Shown: positions 1-8,282 of the stretch, piece by piece | Layout: each line of letters begins with the position of its first letter | Numbering within the stretch: the first letter of the stretch is position 1 | From: a virus | Taxonomy: Duplodnaviria; Heunggongvirae; Uroviricota; Caudoviricetes | DNA length: 64,000 nucleotides | Virus record (IMG/VR): IMGVR_UViG_3300022188_000009 | Direction: 5' to 3' (one strand) | The notes under the pieces: model-generated | The model's database searches: none | The model's input: the letters and a program-made list of their open reading frames with translations, nothing else | What the model was told of the DNA's origin: nothing | Position numbers and translations under genes: made by a program

Positions 1-135
1 TAGTGTGATCACTTGTAGTGTGATCACTTGTAGTGTGATCACTTGTAGTGTGATCACTTGTAGTGTGATCACTTGTAGTGTGATCACTTGTAGTGTGATC
101 ACTTGTAGTGTGATCACTTGTAGTGTGGTTGATTA
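1..135. repeat. Tandem direct repeat array: 15-bp unit tagtgtgatcacttg x8 plus a degenerate ninth copy. Each unit contains the palindrome GTGATCAC.
   Basis: Eight perfect head-to-tail copies are visible at positions 1-120, followed by tagtgtggttgat. The track ORF at 5..190 (MITCSVITCSV...) is just the translation of this repeat. Confidence 0.9.
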
Positions 136-330
136 TTTAGTACGTCTACCATCGACCACACCTCGTACTCCATGCTCAGCGATTATCTGACCTATTGAGA
201 AGTAATCTCGTGTAATATCAGATACTAATGCAAAAGCGGCATTCCTAGATATACTACACGTTTTTGCTATATCATCAAGAAAATCTATTATATTTTCATC
301 CACTCTAATTGAAATTTGTTTCTTTATCAT
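133..330 (-). CDS. Ribbon-helix-helix (CopG/Arc/ParG-like) DNA-binding protein, about 66 aa
   Basis: The translation MIKKQISIRVDENIIDFLDDIAKTCSISRNAAFALVSD has the typical RHH layout: an N-terminal beta-strand (ISIRVDE) followed by two helices and an S-R-N-A-A motif. I placed the start at the internal Met, which has the RBS agggg 8 nt upstream. The track ORF 133..408 would extend the N-terminus over the predicted promoter. Confidence 0.5.
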   Translation of the reverse strand: MIKKQISIRVDENIIDFLDDIAKTCSISRNAAFALVSDITRDYFSIGQIIAEHGVRGVVDGRRTK

Positions 331-385
331 AATTACTATACCCCTATTGTGATTGATTACATACGTACTGTGATTACCTATACCT

Positions 386-415
386 ATAATATAATCACTA
401 TATACCACTTGTCAA
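386..415 (-). promoter_or_regulatory. Sigma-70-like promoter for the RHH gene, with an overlapping inverted-repeat operator
   Basis: On the minus strand there is TTGACA (reverse complement of 410-415), an 18-nt spacer, then TATTAT (reverse complement of 386-391). The inverted repeat GTGATTA (370-376) / TAATCAC (392-398) overlaps the -10 element. Its half-sites resemble the GTGATCAC core of the terminal repeats. Confidence 0.4.
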
Positions 416-759
416 GCCTTTTTAAGCAAAAAGTGATACTTTGCAAAACACTAAATATCGAAAAGTGGCATAATCCTCAATAAAATCAGATACTTCTAGA
501 TCATGGTCAAAGGACATGTTATATAATTGATAAAGAAGCCCCAATAAGTACTCCAGTTAACAAATTTCATCCCGGCGGAAGAATATGTAATAATATGAGT
601 AAGTTAAACCAACAAAAAGCTTTAAATACCTTTAAATAAGTAATTAAAAATAACAAAAAGGTAATAACCCACGTATAATAATAGCTTTATCAAACATAAT
701 AGTACCCTGTATATTACCGAGTATATTGGTATTCTAGGCTCTCTGTGGTGATGTGGTGG

Positions 760-870
760 GGTGCGGTATCTGTATACTAGTCTATATTATCGGTATGGTA
801 TCGGTATACTATCGGTATGCTATGCTGTGGTATCGGTATGCTAGTCTATTAGAATTATGGTATAATATCA
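760..870. repeat. Iteron-like cluster of CGGTAT(G/A) direct repeats (at least 6 copies), followed by a perfect extended -10 element TGGTATAAT at 858-866 on the + strand
   Basis: The motif ggtatcggtat recurs at about 764, 791, 801, 813 and 834. The sequence tatggtataatatc matches the TGnTATAAT consensus. Confidence 0.55.
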
Positions 871-959
871 GGTATTTACAGATAAATTAATCATAATAAA
901 AAATTGTCTCAATCAATCGGTATGTTGGTTTGCAGTCAGAGCGTGCCTTCGCAAGACCC

Positions 960-1470
960 TATGGTAATATAATACAATAATAATAGTAGTATAATACAAT
1001 CTAATAAACAAGTATAATGAGTTTCTATAAACCAGCATACCGATATTCGATAAATATTCAAGTAATTCGGACAATTAGTATAATAATAGTAATATAATAA
1101 ATAGTATAGTAACCTGTTAGTAATCAATCAATAAGCCAGTAATTTGATAACTCAATAATGCTCTAAACCCGCCATGGTCTAGTAATACATCGATTTAATA
1201 ATAATAGTAATATATAATATGATAGTATATCTTATAATCCAATAAACCAGTATATCGATAATTTTTATAGACTAGTATATCATGTTTAATCAAATAATTC
1301 GGGTAGTTAGTATAATAATAATAGTAATATAATCTAATAAACCAGTATATCGATAATATAGCATAGCATACCGATAGTATTGATAGTCTATAAACCAGTA
1401 TATCGATACAGCATCCGATAACCCAGTAATACTCTAAACCCGCTATGGGCTAGTGATGGGCTGATTTAAT
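960..1470. repeat. Complex AT-rich iteron region, a candidate origin of replication or packaging site
   Basis: The motif taataatagtaatataat is repeated at about 1081, 1199 and 1313. The motif (a/t)ataaaccag(t/c)ata(t/c)cgata occurs four times, at about 1028, 1241, 1336 and 1389. A 28-nt module, ctctaaacccgc(c/t)atgg(t/g)ctagt(a/g)at, occurs twice (1161-1188 and 1433-1460). No credible ORF is present. Confidence 0.6.
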
Positions 1471-1630
1471 AGTATGATAAATGATATAGTATATCGCTAT
1501 ACAGATATTCTCTATAGACTGGGATTTCTGCTAATTTAGCTTAAGTTAATCTTCTATACTTATTGGTGTACTTATATACTTAGTTTTAGTACTCTTAATA
1601 CTGTTAAATTGATGTGATATTTTTATTTTC

Positions 1631-1640
1631 CGCCCGGGCG
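1631..1640. other. GC-rich 10-bp palindrome CGCCCGGGCG, flanked by short TTTTC/AAAAT arms, in an otherwise AT-rich spacer
   Basis: The sequence ttttccgcccgggcgaaaatt is a potential hairpin or recognition site. There is no T-tract, so it is not a canonical terminator. Confidence 0.4.
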
Positions 1641-1863
1641 AAAATTGGTAAGAACATACGTTAAACCTATTGGAATGTAAGAGTTTTCTAATGGGTGACT
1701 AGTGGTCTTATTATTCTAGGTATCTATAGTAATATATAAATACCTGTAATCATTAGAATTACACTGATGTGTTACACTAGTGTAATGACCATTATCAATG
1801 TTATAATTCTTGATGGCATTATCAATCAATTAAACTGTATTTTTTTAGAAGGAGGATCCTATT

Positions 1864-2052
1864 GTGAAAGGTAATATTACAATTACAAAAGAACGTTTTT
1901 TAAGGCTTATTGTTAGGTCTACAATATTAAATAGACTAGAATGTGGAGGAGTAGATAATTGGGAATGGTATGATGAAAGTATGAATCCAGAAGGTGAGTT
2001 AAGTATGGATGAATTTGAAGAAGAAGAGAAGCTTCGTATATCTAAATTATAG
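1864..2052 (+). CDS. Hypothetical protein with an acidic C-terminus
   Basis: GTG start, preceded by the RBS gaaggagg at 8-nt spacing. Clean 62-codon ORF. Confidence 0.5.
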   Translation: MKGNITITKERFLRLIVRSTILNRLECGGVDNWEWYDESMNPEGELSMDEFEEEEKLRISKL

Positions 2053-2067
2053 AAAGGAAATTTTAAA

Positions 2068-2262
2068 ATGAATGACATAATTGTAGTAGTTTTTATAATT
2101 TCTATACTATTATTTATTTATTTTATTCCAACTTTCGTAGCGTATAGAAAATTACATGATGATTTCTTCGACATTTTTATATATAATATTTTCTATGGTT
2201 ATACTATTATTGGTTGGATAATGGTATTAATTTGGGCACGTACTAGGGATGACGAACTATAG
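2068..2262 (+). CDS. Small membrane protein, similar to the superinfection-immunity (Imm) family
   Basis: Two predicted transmembrane helices. The motif IYFIPTFVAYRK is reminiscent of the Imm_superinfect family, which carries a FLPTIIA-type motif. RBS is gaaaggaaa. Confidence 0.4.
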   Translation: MNDIIVVVFIISILLFIYFIPTFVAYRKLHDDFFDIFIYNIFYGYTIIGWIMVLIWARTRDDEL

Positions 2263-2311
2263 CAATTATGTTGATGTTTGTATAATAATTAATTAAATAA
2301 GGAGAAAAACA

Positions 2312-2974
2312 ATGAAGACATATTTAAAATTAGTAACAATAGTGTTCATAGGTTTTATGATGTTTGGATGTACTCATGATTTGAGAATTACAAATCTTGA
2401 CCGATATCAAAATTTTGAATTTAAGCAATTTCGAAATAAAACTATAATTGGAATAGTTCCAGAGTTAGATAATATAGAACATAAAAAAATAGTCAAAAGT
2501 TTCGCTGAAGGCTTAACAAAATATGAAGCTGTAGTTATTTTACCCTATAATCTTTTAAATATTTCTTCAGTTGATTATATAACTAAGATTAGTATTAATT
2601 CAAATTATAGAGGATCTTGGACTAATTATTTTATAGATTTTCCAGGATTTTTAATATGGACACCAGTATGGCATGGTTATAATTATACAATATCTCATAA
2701 TGTTCAAATTAAATTAATTAGCGGTAAAACCAATAAAGAAATAAAACAATTTAATATTCCAATTGAACTTAAAGTTAAACAAGCAGATAGTGGTAGAACT
2801 TGGGTACAATGTGGGTGGTTAGAGACAGGAATAATGCCTTTTATTGGCGGATTTTTCCATATACAATATGATGATGATGTTACAGCTATGGTTACTAAAG
2901 AAATATATTACCCTATAGGTAGTTATGTAGCTGAGGAAATAATAGATCAAATTATGGCTTATGAGAATAAATAA
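2312..2974 (+). CDS. Lipoprotein of unknown function
   Basis: Signal peptide with lipobox (MKTYLKLVTIVFIGFMMFGC). RBS aaggag. A TATAAT -10 element sits at 2281-2286. Confidence 0.6.
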   Translation: MKTYLKLVTIVFIGFMMFGCTHDLRITNLDRYQNFEFKQFRNKTIIGIVPELDNIEHKKIVKSFAEGLTKYEAVVILPYNLLNISSVDYITKISINSNYRGSWTNYFIDFPGFLIWTPVWHGYNYTISHNVQIKLISGKTNKEIKQFNIPIELKVKQADSGRTWVQCGWLETGIMPFIGGFFHIQYDDDVTAMVTKEIYYPIGSYVAEEIIDQIMAYENK

Positions 2975-3036
2975 ATTAAAAATAAAGTAAAGAACAATAT
3001 TAATAATAAACATATATAATAGTATTAAATAATAAT

Positions 3037-3111
3037 AAGAGTGTAGATCAATGGTAGAGCATCAGTCTTTGATACTGGTGGTTATAGGTTCAAATCCTAT
3101 CATCCCTTCCA
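3037..3111 (+). tRNA. tRNA-Gln(UUG)-like gene with an encoded CCA end and a weak acceptor stem
   Basis: D-arm gatc/aatggta/gagc. Anticodon arm tcagt/cTTTGat/actgg, giving anticodon TTG. T-arm atagg/ttcaaat/cctat. The 3-prime end is catccct-t-cca. The acceptor stem pairs in only 5 of 7 positions and has two A-C mismatches. Confidence 0.5.
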
Positions 3112-3139
3112 ACAATACTTTATAAAATAGAGAATAATT

Positions 3140-3337
3140 ATGGCTTGTATATGTCAACAATGTGGGAAAAAATATCGAATTGATTTGGTTATTCCTGATA
3201 ATATTTGGGAAAAAATAAAACCTATAAATAAACCGAAAGGATCTGGACTTTTATGTGGAATGTGTATAATGAACAAACTTGAATCTTTTAATAAATATGG
3301 GATTATTTATGTAAATAATAATCTTTTTGAATTATAA
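3140..3337 (+). CDS. Small zinc-ribbon protein
   Basis: Motif CQQCG...CGMC. Confidence 0.4.
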   Translation: MACICQQCGKKYRIDLVIPDNIWEKIKPINKPKGSGLLCGMCIMNKLESFNKYGIIYVNNNLFEL

Positions 3338-3357
3338 TATAATAAAAGGGGTAAATA

Positions 3358-3552
3358 ATGAGTACATCTGAATGTATTAGATGTAAGAGACATGTTTCAA
3401 TTCATTATATAAATGATGATAATTTGTGTTGTGATTGTGCAAGTGGAAGTTTAGAATTTTTAAAACGTGATTTAAAGTTTGATATACTAAAAACAATACC
3501 TCCAGATCCATATAAAAAAGCTATAAAGGAGATAAAAAATGAAAGAGTTTAA
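3358..3552 (+). CDS. Small Cys-rich protein
   Basis: Motif CIRCKRH...CCDC. RBS aaaagggg. Confidence 0.4.
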   Translation: MSTSECIRCKRHVSIHYINDDNLCCDCASGSLEFLKRDLKFDILKTIPPDPYKKAIKEIKNERV

Positions 3553-3736
3553 AAAAGAATTAAGAGATTTAATTAACACACATAGTATTGATACTGTGTG
3601 TAATATATCAGATACCTTGTTGGCAGAACTAATTGTCGGTGCTATTAAAGGTATAAAAAAAACTAAAAGAAAGTGTTTTGGTTGCCATGAATGTGATCCA
3701 AAACAGCCCACGTGTACACATATTGAAAGGAGTTAA
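3539..3736 (+). CDS. Small protein with a C-terminal Cys cluster
   Basis: RBS aaggag. Motif CFGCHECDPKQPTC. Confidence 0.4.
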   Translation: MKEFKKELRDLINTHSIDTVCNISDTLLAELIVGAIKGIKKTKRKCFGCHECDPKQPTCTHIERS

Positions 3737-3737
3737 A

Positions 3738-4727
3738 ATGAAAATTCTACAGCATCTAAAAGTACCAACCGGTGATATACTGGTGGTAGAAGGTAAAAAA
3801 GGTAAATTGGAAATGTTATCTATAGGCGACTATGGACAGGGTCATAACCTAAAATGCGATGCTCTAGGAATATCAAGAGTGTTAGACAAAGTAGAACATA
3901 CTGATATACTGCCTTTAGAAGAAAAGTGGGTAATCACCATATCTACCCAATACGGCTGTTCAATGGGGTGTAAGTTTTGTGATGTTCCTAAAGTAGGGTC
4001 TGGTAAAAATGCTACCTATAAAGACCTTATAAAGCAAATATTGCAAGGCATCTATTTACACCCAGAAGTTAAATCAACAAAAAGACTCAATATTCATTAC
4101 GCTCGTATGGGTGAGCCTACGTGGAATCCTAATGTGTTGGATGCTACGAAATGGGCTAAGGAACATCTTGATCATGAATATAAGATTCATCCGGTGGTGT
4201 CTACTATGATGCCAAGAAAGAATGAATGGCTAAGAACCTTTATACACACTTGGATGAGAATAAAGAATCGGCTACTTGAAGGGAATGCAGGATTACAGTT
4301 AAGCATTAACTCGACCAATGACAAAGAAAGAGAAGTAATGTTTAATAATAATGCCTGCTCCTTTCCTGAGATAGCCAATATTATGAGAGGTGTTATTCCA
4401 AATGGAAGAAAGATTACTCTTAATTTTCCTATAGCCGGCTATGAGATAGATCCAAGCGTTTTACTGAACTTTTTTGATCCGGATGATTATATCATTAAAT
4501 TAACGCCCATGCATAAAACGTCGGCTGCTCTCAAAAATGATATTAAAACAGAAGGAGATTATACAGAGTATCATCCATATGAACAGCATGAAACAGAGTT
4601 AAAGGCTGCTGGATATGATGTTTTGGTCTTTATAGCATCAAAAGAAGAAGACTTGGGATTGATAACTTGTGGGAATGTTATCTTATCCGGGGCATTACCA
4701 AAAGTTGATTATAAACGAGTATTATAA
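3738..4727 (+). CDS. Radical SAM enzyme of the RlmN/Cfr family
   Basis: The segment VITISTQYGCSMGCKFC matches RlmN ATLCVSSQVGCALECKFC and includes the CxxxCxxC cluster. ARMGEPTWN aligns with RlmN MGMGEPLLN. LSINSTNDKERE aligns with RlmN ISLHAPNDEIRD. The C-terminal ITCGN aligns with RlmN AACGQ. The start is placed at the MKILQ Met, which has the RBS aaaggag. The residue equivalent to RlmN Cys118 is Thr. Confidence 0.7.
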   Translation: MKILQHLKVPTGDILVVEGKKGKLEMLSIGDYGQGHNLKCDALGISRVLDKVEHTDILPLEEKWVITISTQYGCSMGCKFCDVPKVGSGKNATYKDLIKQILQGIYLHPEVKSTKRLNIHYARMGEPTWNPNVLDATKWAKEHLDHEYKIHPVVSTMMPRKNEWLRTFIHTWMRIKNRLLEGNAGLQLSINSTNDKEREVMFNNNACSFPEIANIMRGVIPNGRKITLNFPIAGYEIDPSVLLNFFDPDDYIIKLTPMHKTSAALKNDIKTEGDYTEYHPYEQHETELKAAGYDVLVFIASKEEDLGLITCGNVILSGALPKVDYKRVL

Positions 4728-4747
4728 ATATTGAAAGTTTTAAGGAG

Positions 4748-4954
4748 GTGATAGTAGAGGTGATAGTACATGAACAAAATAGGTCTATGCTTCCGGTTCT
4801 ATATAAATCTATAATGCCGGTTTTATATACGTCTAGAGTTACGGTTTTGTGTAATCCTGAAATTATACACGTAATGCCGATTAAACCACATAGACTTATT
4901 ACAGGAGTTAGTAAATCAGGTAAAAAAGGTATGGTTATAGACATGTTTGTATAA
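4748..4954 (+). CDS. Hypothetical small protein with an internal repeat (MLPVLYKS / IMPVLYTS)
   Basis: RBS aaggagg. Questionable, because the DNA in this stretch is itself repetitive. Confidence 0.25.
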   Translation: MIVEVIVHEQNRSMLPVLYKSIMPVLYTSRVTVLCNPEIIHVMPIKPHRLITGVSKSGKKGMVIDMFV

Positions 4955-5020
4955 ATTCTTTAGACAGGTAAAGATGATATGAGTGGTAGTTCGTTTTAAT
5001 TTATAGAAAGAGGTGATTAA

Positions 5021-5365
5021 ATGCAAGAAGAATTGATAGGTTTAATTAACCATGGAAATGAATTAGTTTTGAGATTAGAATCTAGAACAGGAGAAAACAA
5101 TTATTCCAGCCCTGTTATAAGTGAAGATAGTGTAATCAAAATTATAGGAAAACTTAGATATAAAATAAAAACTGAAGATGATCTATATCATAAATTACGT
5201 ACTATTGTTAAAGTTATTCATTCTAATATGACTCATATTGATGATCTATCATTAAATGAAGTAGAAATTATATACATATGGGCATGTCATGTTGATAGAC
5301 TGTTAAAAGAATTAGATACTACCATTCTGGAGGATATGGTAGCTTTGAAAAAACTACTAAGTTAA
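5021..5365 (+). CDS. Hypothetical protein
   Basis: 114-codon ORF with the RBS agaggtg. Confidence 0.45.
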   Translation: MQEELIGLINHGNELVLRLESRTGENNYSSPVISEDSVIKIIGKLRYKIKTEDDLYHKLRTIVKVIHSNMTHIDDLSLNEVEIIYIWACHVDRLLKELDTTILEDMVALKKLLS

Positions 5366-5387
5366 TCAATAATTTAAAGGTGGTTTT

Positions 5388-5621
5388 ATGAAACATTTTA
5401 TTCTGGCAATGATTGTGCTGTTCGTATTTCAGATGACAGTTATTGGAGATAGTTTGAAGTTCGATCCTTTGTATAATAACAAAGCTAAATGTTTTATGTC
5501 TTTGAACTATGAGGGTATTGAAGGGCCGGCTCCTAAATACTGGAAAATCAAAGATGCTGTTTATAAAGAAGGAATTCTCAAACGTGATTTGATTTTTGTA
5601 CGTATTGATGGTAATAAATGA
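5388..5621 (+). CDS. Small secreted protein
   Basis: N-terminal signal peptide MKHFILAMIVLFVFQMTVIG. Confidence 0.45.
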   Translation: MKHFILAMIVLFVFQMTVIGDSLKFDPLYNNKAKCFMSLNYEGIEGPAPKYWKIKDAVYKEGILKRDLIFVRIDGNK

Positions 5622-5636
5622 TATAAACGACGTAAG

Positions 5637-6095
5637 ATGTTGACTATTGCAGCCGATAAACGTATATCTTGTTTTGAGAGTAATACTGTTGATGCTGCCT
5701 GGTTATGTCCTGAGTACATTAAAGAAATTATGCCTGTAGTTAAAGCTCCTACGGAAAAGAAAGTATTTTATGTTTACTTTGATTTTAACAAGTCTAATAT
5801 TAAAGACGAACAGGTGCCTATACTGAAAGCTGCTATTGACTATGCTAAGCTTGGTGGTACTGTAGATATCAAACTGGAAACAAGTTGTGATTTTCGTGGT
5901 TCTGTTGCATATAACTTTAAGCTTGGAGAAGACCGTGCTGATGCTGTAGCATTATGGTTTGCTGATAACGGATTAGATTTACCTATCTCTATTGATAATT
6001 ATGGTGAAGAGCGGTCTATGATTCGTTCTTTAGTAAATGGTATCTTTTGTCCTGATTGTTGGGCTGATCGTAAAGTAAAGGTTACTGTTGAATAG
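5637..6095 (+). CDS. Hypothetical protein
   Basis: 152-codon ORF, followed by a strong terminator. Confidence 0.45.
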   Translation: MLTIAADKRISCFESNTVDAAWLCPEYIKEIMPVVKAPTEKKVFYVYFDFNKSNIKDEQVPILKAAIDYAKLGGTVDIKLETSCDFRGSVAYNFKLGEDRADAVALWFADNGLDLPISIDNYGEERSMIRSLVNGIFCPDCWADRKVKVTVE

Positions 6096-6103
6096 TTAAT
6101 GGG

Positions 6104-6140
6104 CTTGGTGGGGGATTTTTCCCCCGCCGGCTAAAATTTT
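6104..6140 (+). terminator. Rho-independent terminator
   Basis: Stem ggtggggg, loop attttt, stem cccccgcc, followed by a taaaatttt tail. Confidence 0.65.
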
Positions 6141-6500
6141 ATGAAAGGAAATAAAATGATATATACAGCCCAGTATAGATACCCTGGAAAAGATAGATTT
6201 GATATTACAGTTAAAGGTAATTATGAAGTTGGTAAACTTTATGCACCAACATGGTCTATGGTAAGTGGAATCAAAAAGGGTACACTGACTCATGAAGAGT
6301 ATACAGCCCAATATTATAATCTCCTAATTCAGCGTTGGGCTATATCAGGTGAAGAAATGATGAGTATTATTGATAAAGCACGTAATCAAGACGTCACATT
6401 AGTGTGCTTTTGCCCTGCTAATGCTTTTTGTCATCGCTATTTACTGGTAAAATTTCTGCAGCATAATTGGGGTGTTGAGTATGGAGGAGAAAGGAAATAA
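6141..6500 (+). CDS. DUF488-family protein
   Basis: MIYTAQY...VTLVCFCPANAFCHRYLL matches the DUF488 signature (N-terminal IYTiGy and a C-terminal LLCxC..CHR motif). The start may instead be the Met at 6156. Confidence 0.55.
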   Translation: MKGNKMIYTAQYRYPGKDRFDITVKGNYEVGKLYAPTWSMVSGIKKGTLTHEEYTAQYYNLLIQRWAISGEEMMSIIDKARNQDVTLVCFCPANAFCHRYLLVKFLQHNWGVEYGGERK

Positions 6501-6605
6501 ATGACTTCTGGAGAATGTTTATTGTTAGCTATAATAATAGTTACAGTTTGTTTATCTTACTGTTGTGGTATGACATGGCCTGCTAACTGGATAATGGGTT
6601 GGTAG
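6501..6605 (+). CDS. Possible 34-aa hydrophobic peptide
   Basis: Translation MTSGECLLLAIIIVTVCLSYCCGMTWPANWIMGW. It overlaps the upstream stop in a TAAATG arrangement. Speculative. Confidence 0.25.
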   Translation: MTSGECLLLAIIIVTVCLSYCCGMTWPANWIMGW

Positions 6606-6732
6606 AAACGTTAACTGTATGAAATCTTTAGATAGAATTAATTAAAATAACTGTCAAACATAGAGTTTGGAAATTCGAAATAACATAAAATGAAAGGAAA
6701 AATAACTAAAAGAGGTAAAAAAGAAAATAACA

Positions 6733-7251
6733 ATGAATAAAAATTTACAAAGTGCAAGGAAAAATAAAAATGATGAATTTATTAAGATAAAAGATCATCC
6801 AAGATATTCTATTTCAAAAAGTGGTATAGTATGCAACGATAAAACAGGAAAGGTTTTAAAAAATATAAAACTTAAAACAGGATATTTACGGGTAACTTTA
6901 TCTAGTAGAAAACAAGTTTTAGTACATAGATTGGTTGCAGAAGCTTTTATTCCTAATCCATATAATTTACCTTGTGTTAATCATATAGATGAAAATCCTG
7001 AAAATAATAATAACTATGGTAACTTAGAATGGGTTACTCACAAACAAAATATAAGACATTCATGTAAAGGTTGCAAAAGTTATTTGTTTAATAAGAAAGA
7101 ATATTATGAAACAAACAGTTGTACCAGATCGGATTTCAAAAGAATATGTAATAGGCATGTATGGAATATAGTAGATTTTACAGAATTAGATAGTGGAGAA
7201 AAACGGTATTCAAATAAAAAATATTATTATATTGAAAGAGGCCCCCAATGA
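6733..7251 (+). CDS. HNH homing endonuclease
   Basis: The motif VNHIDENPENNNNYGNLEWVTHKQN is the classic H-N-H core of phage homing endonucleases. Confidence 0.7.
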   Translation: MNKNLQSARKNKNDEFIKIKDHPRYSISKSGIVCNDKTGKVLKNIKLKTGYLRVTLSSRKQVLVHRLVAEAFIPNPYNLPCVNHIDENPENNNNYGNLEWVTHKQNIRHSCKGCKSYLFNKKEYYETNSCTRSDFKRICNRHVWNIVDFTELDSGEKRYSNKKYYYIERGPQ

Positions 7252-8282
7252 ACAGTAACCTACAAAGAGCTAAAAAAGCAAAACAGGATGAATTCTACAC
7301 ACAGCTTACAGACATTGAAAAAGAATTAAAACATTACCGAGAGTATTTTAAAGGAAAAAACGTATTTTGTAATTGTGATGACCCAAGTATTAGTGGATTT
7401 TTTCACTATTTTTCATATAATTTTGAATATTTAGGTCTAAAAAAACTAATTACTACCTGTTACAAGAATCAACAGATGAATTTATTCAGTAAACGTGATA
7501 TAGAAAAAGCGATTTATCTTGAGTATGAAGGTACTAAAAATGACGGTAATGTACCAGCTCTTGAAGACATCGGTATTAAACCGTTAAAAGGTAATGGAGA
7601 TTTTCGTTCTGAAGAATGTATAGAGATTCTTAAAGGAGCTGATGTTGTTGTTACTAATCCACCATTTTCATTATTTAGAGAGTATTTGGCCCAATTAATT
7701 AAGTATGAAAAGAAATTTCTGATTGTTGGCCACATGAATGCTTTAACCTACAAAGAGATTTTTCCTTTAATAAAAAACAATAAAATTTGGTTAGGCACCA
7801 ATAATAATCAAAGTTTTGTATTTGGATCACCTTATAAAAATACTCTTGAAAATAACAAAAAATTTTGCAAACAAAAAGGTTATAATGGGGATAAATACAT
7901 TAAAGTGCCAGGAATAAATTGGTATACAAATCTTCTACATAAAAAGAGAAACAAAAAACTTACATTATTTGAAAATTATTATGGGCATGAAGAAAACTAT
8001 CCAAAATATGATAATTACGATGCTATTGAAGTCAGTAGAGTAGTAAATATCCCTGGAGACTTTAATGGTGTAATGGGTGTACCAATAACTTTTTTAGACA
8101 AACATAATCCTGAACAGTTTGAGATTATATGGCAGGCTGCAGGAAATACACGGGCAACTGCTCCAAAAGAAATTTTAGATAGATTAAATTATCAGCAACA
8201 TATCGAAGATAGGGGTGGTTGTGCGATTATTAAAGGAAAAAGGACTTATGCAAGAATATTAATTAAAAGGAAAATAATGTAA
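7248..8282 (+). CDS. Putative N6-adenine DNA methyltransferase
   Basis: VVVTNPPFSL matches catalytic motif IV, (D/N)PP(Y/F). The start overlaps the stop of the upstream HNH gene. Confidence 0.5.
   Translation: MNSNLQRAKKAKQDEFYTQLTDIEKELKHYREYFKGKNVFCNCDDPSISGFFHYFSYNFEYLGLKKLITTCYKNQQMNLFSKRDIEKAIYLEYEGTKNDGNVPALEDIGIKPLKGNGDFRSEECIEILKGADVVVTNPPFSLFREYLAQLIKYEKKFLIVGHMNALTYKEIFPLIKNNKIWLGTNNNQSFVFGSPYKNTLENNKKFCKQKGYNGDKYIKVPGINWYTNLLHKKRNKKLTLFENYYGHEENYPKYDNYDAIEVSRVVNIPGDFNGVMGVPITFLDKHNPEQFEIIWQAAGNTRATAPKEILDRLNYQQHIEDRGGCAIIKGKRTYARILIKRKIM

Noticed and set aside
1-135. The 15-bp repeat array as a CRISPR array
   Set aside because: The repeats are directly abutting with no spacers. 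The unit is too short, and there are no cas genes.
5-190. Track ORF MITCSVITCSV... (61 aa)
   Set aside because: It is merely the translation of the 15-bp tandem repeat array and has no RBS.
936-1127. Minus-strand 63-aa ORF inside the iteron field
   Set aside because: Low-complexity (YYLLYYYYY) translation of AT-rich repeats, with no RBS. More likely non-coding.
1631-1640. CGCCCGGGCG palindrome as a transcription terminator
   Set aside because: No downstream T-tract on either strand. Kept only as a possible recognition site or hairpin.
3678-3737. Longer N-terminal extensions given by the ORF track (3678, 13336, 15182, 32027, 46652, 50155, 59462, 61196, 62485)
   Set aside because: The extensions overlap upstream genes and begin at non-ATG or weak-context starts. 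Downstream ATGs with good RBSs were preferred.
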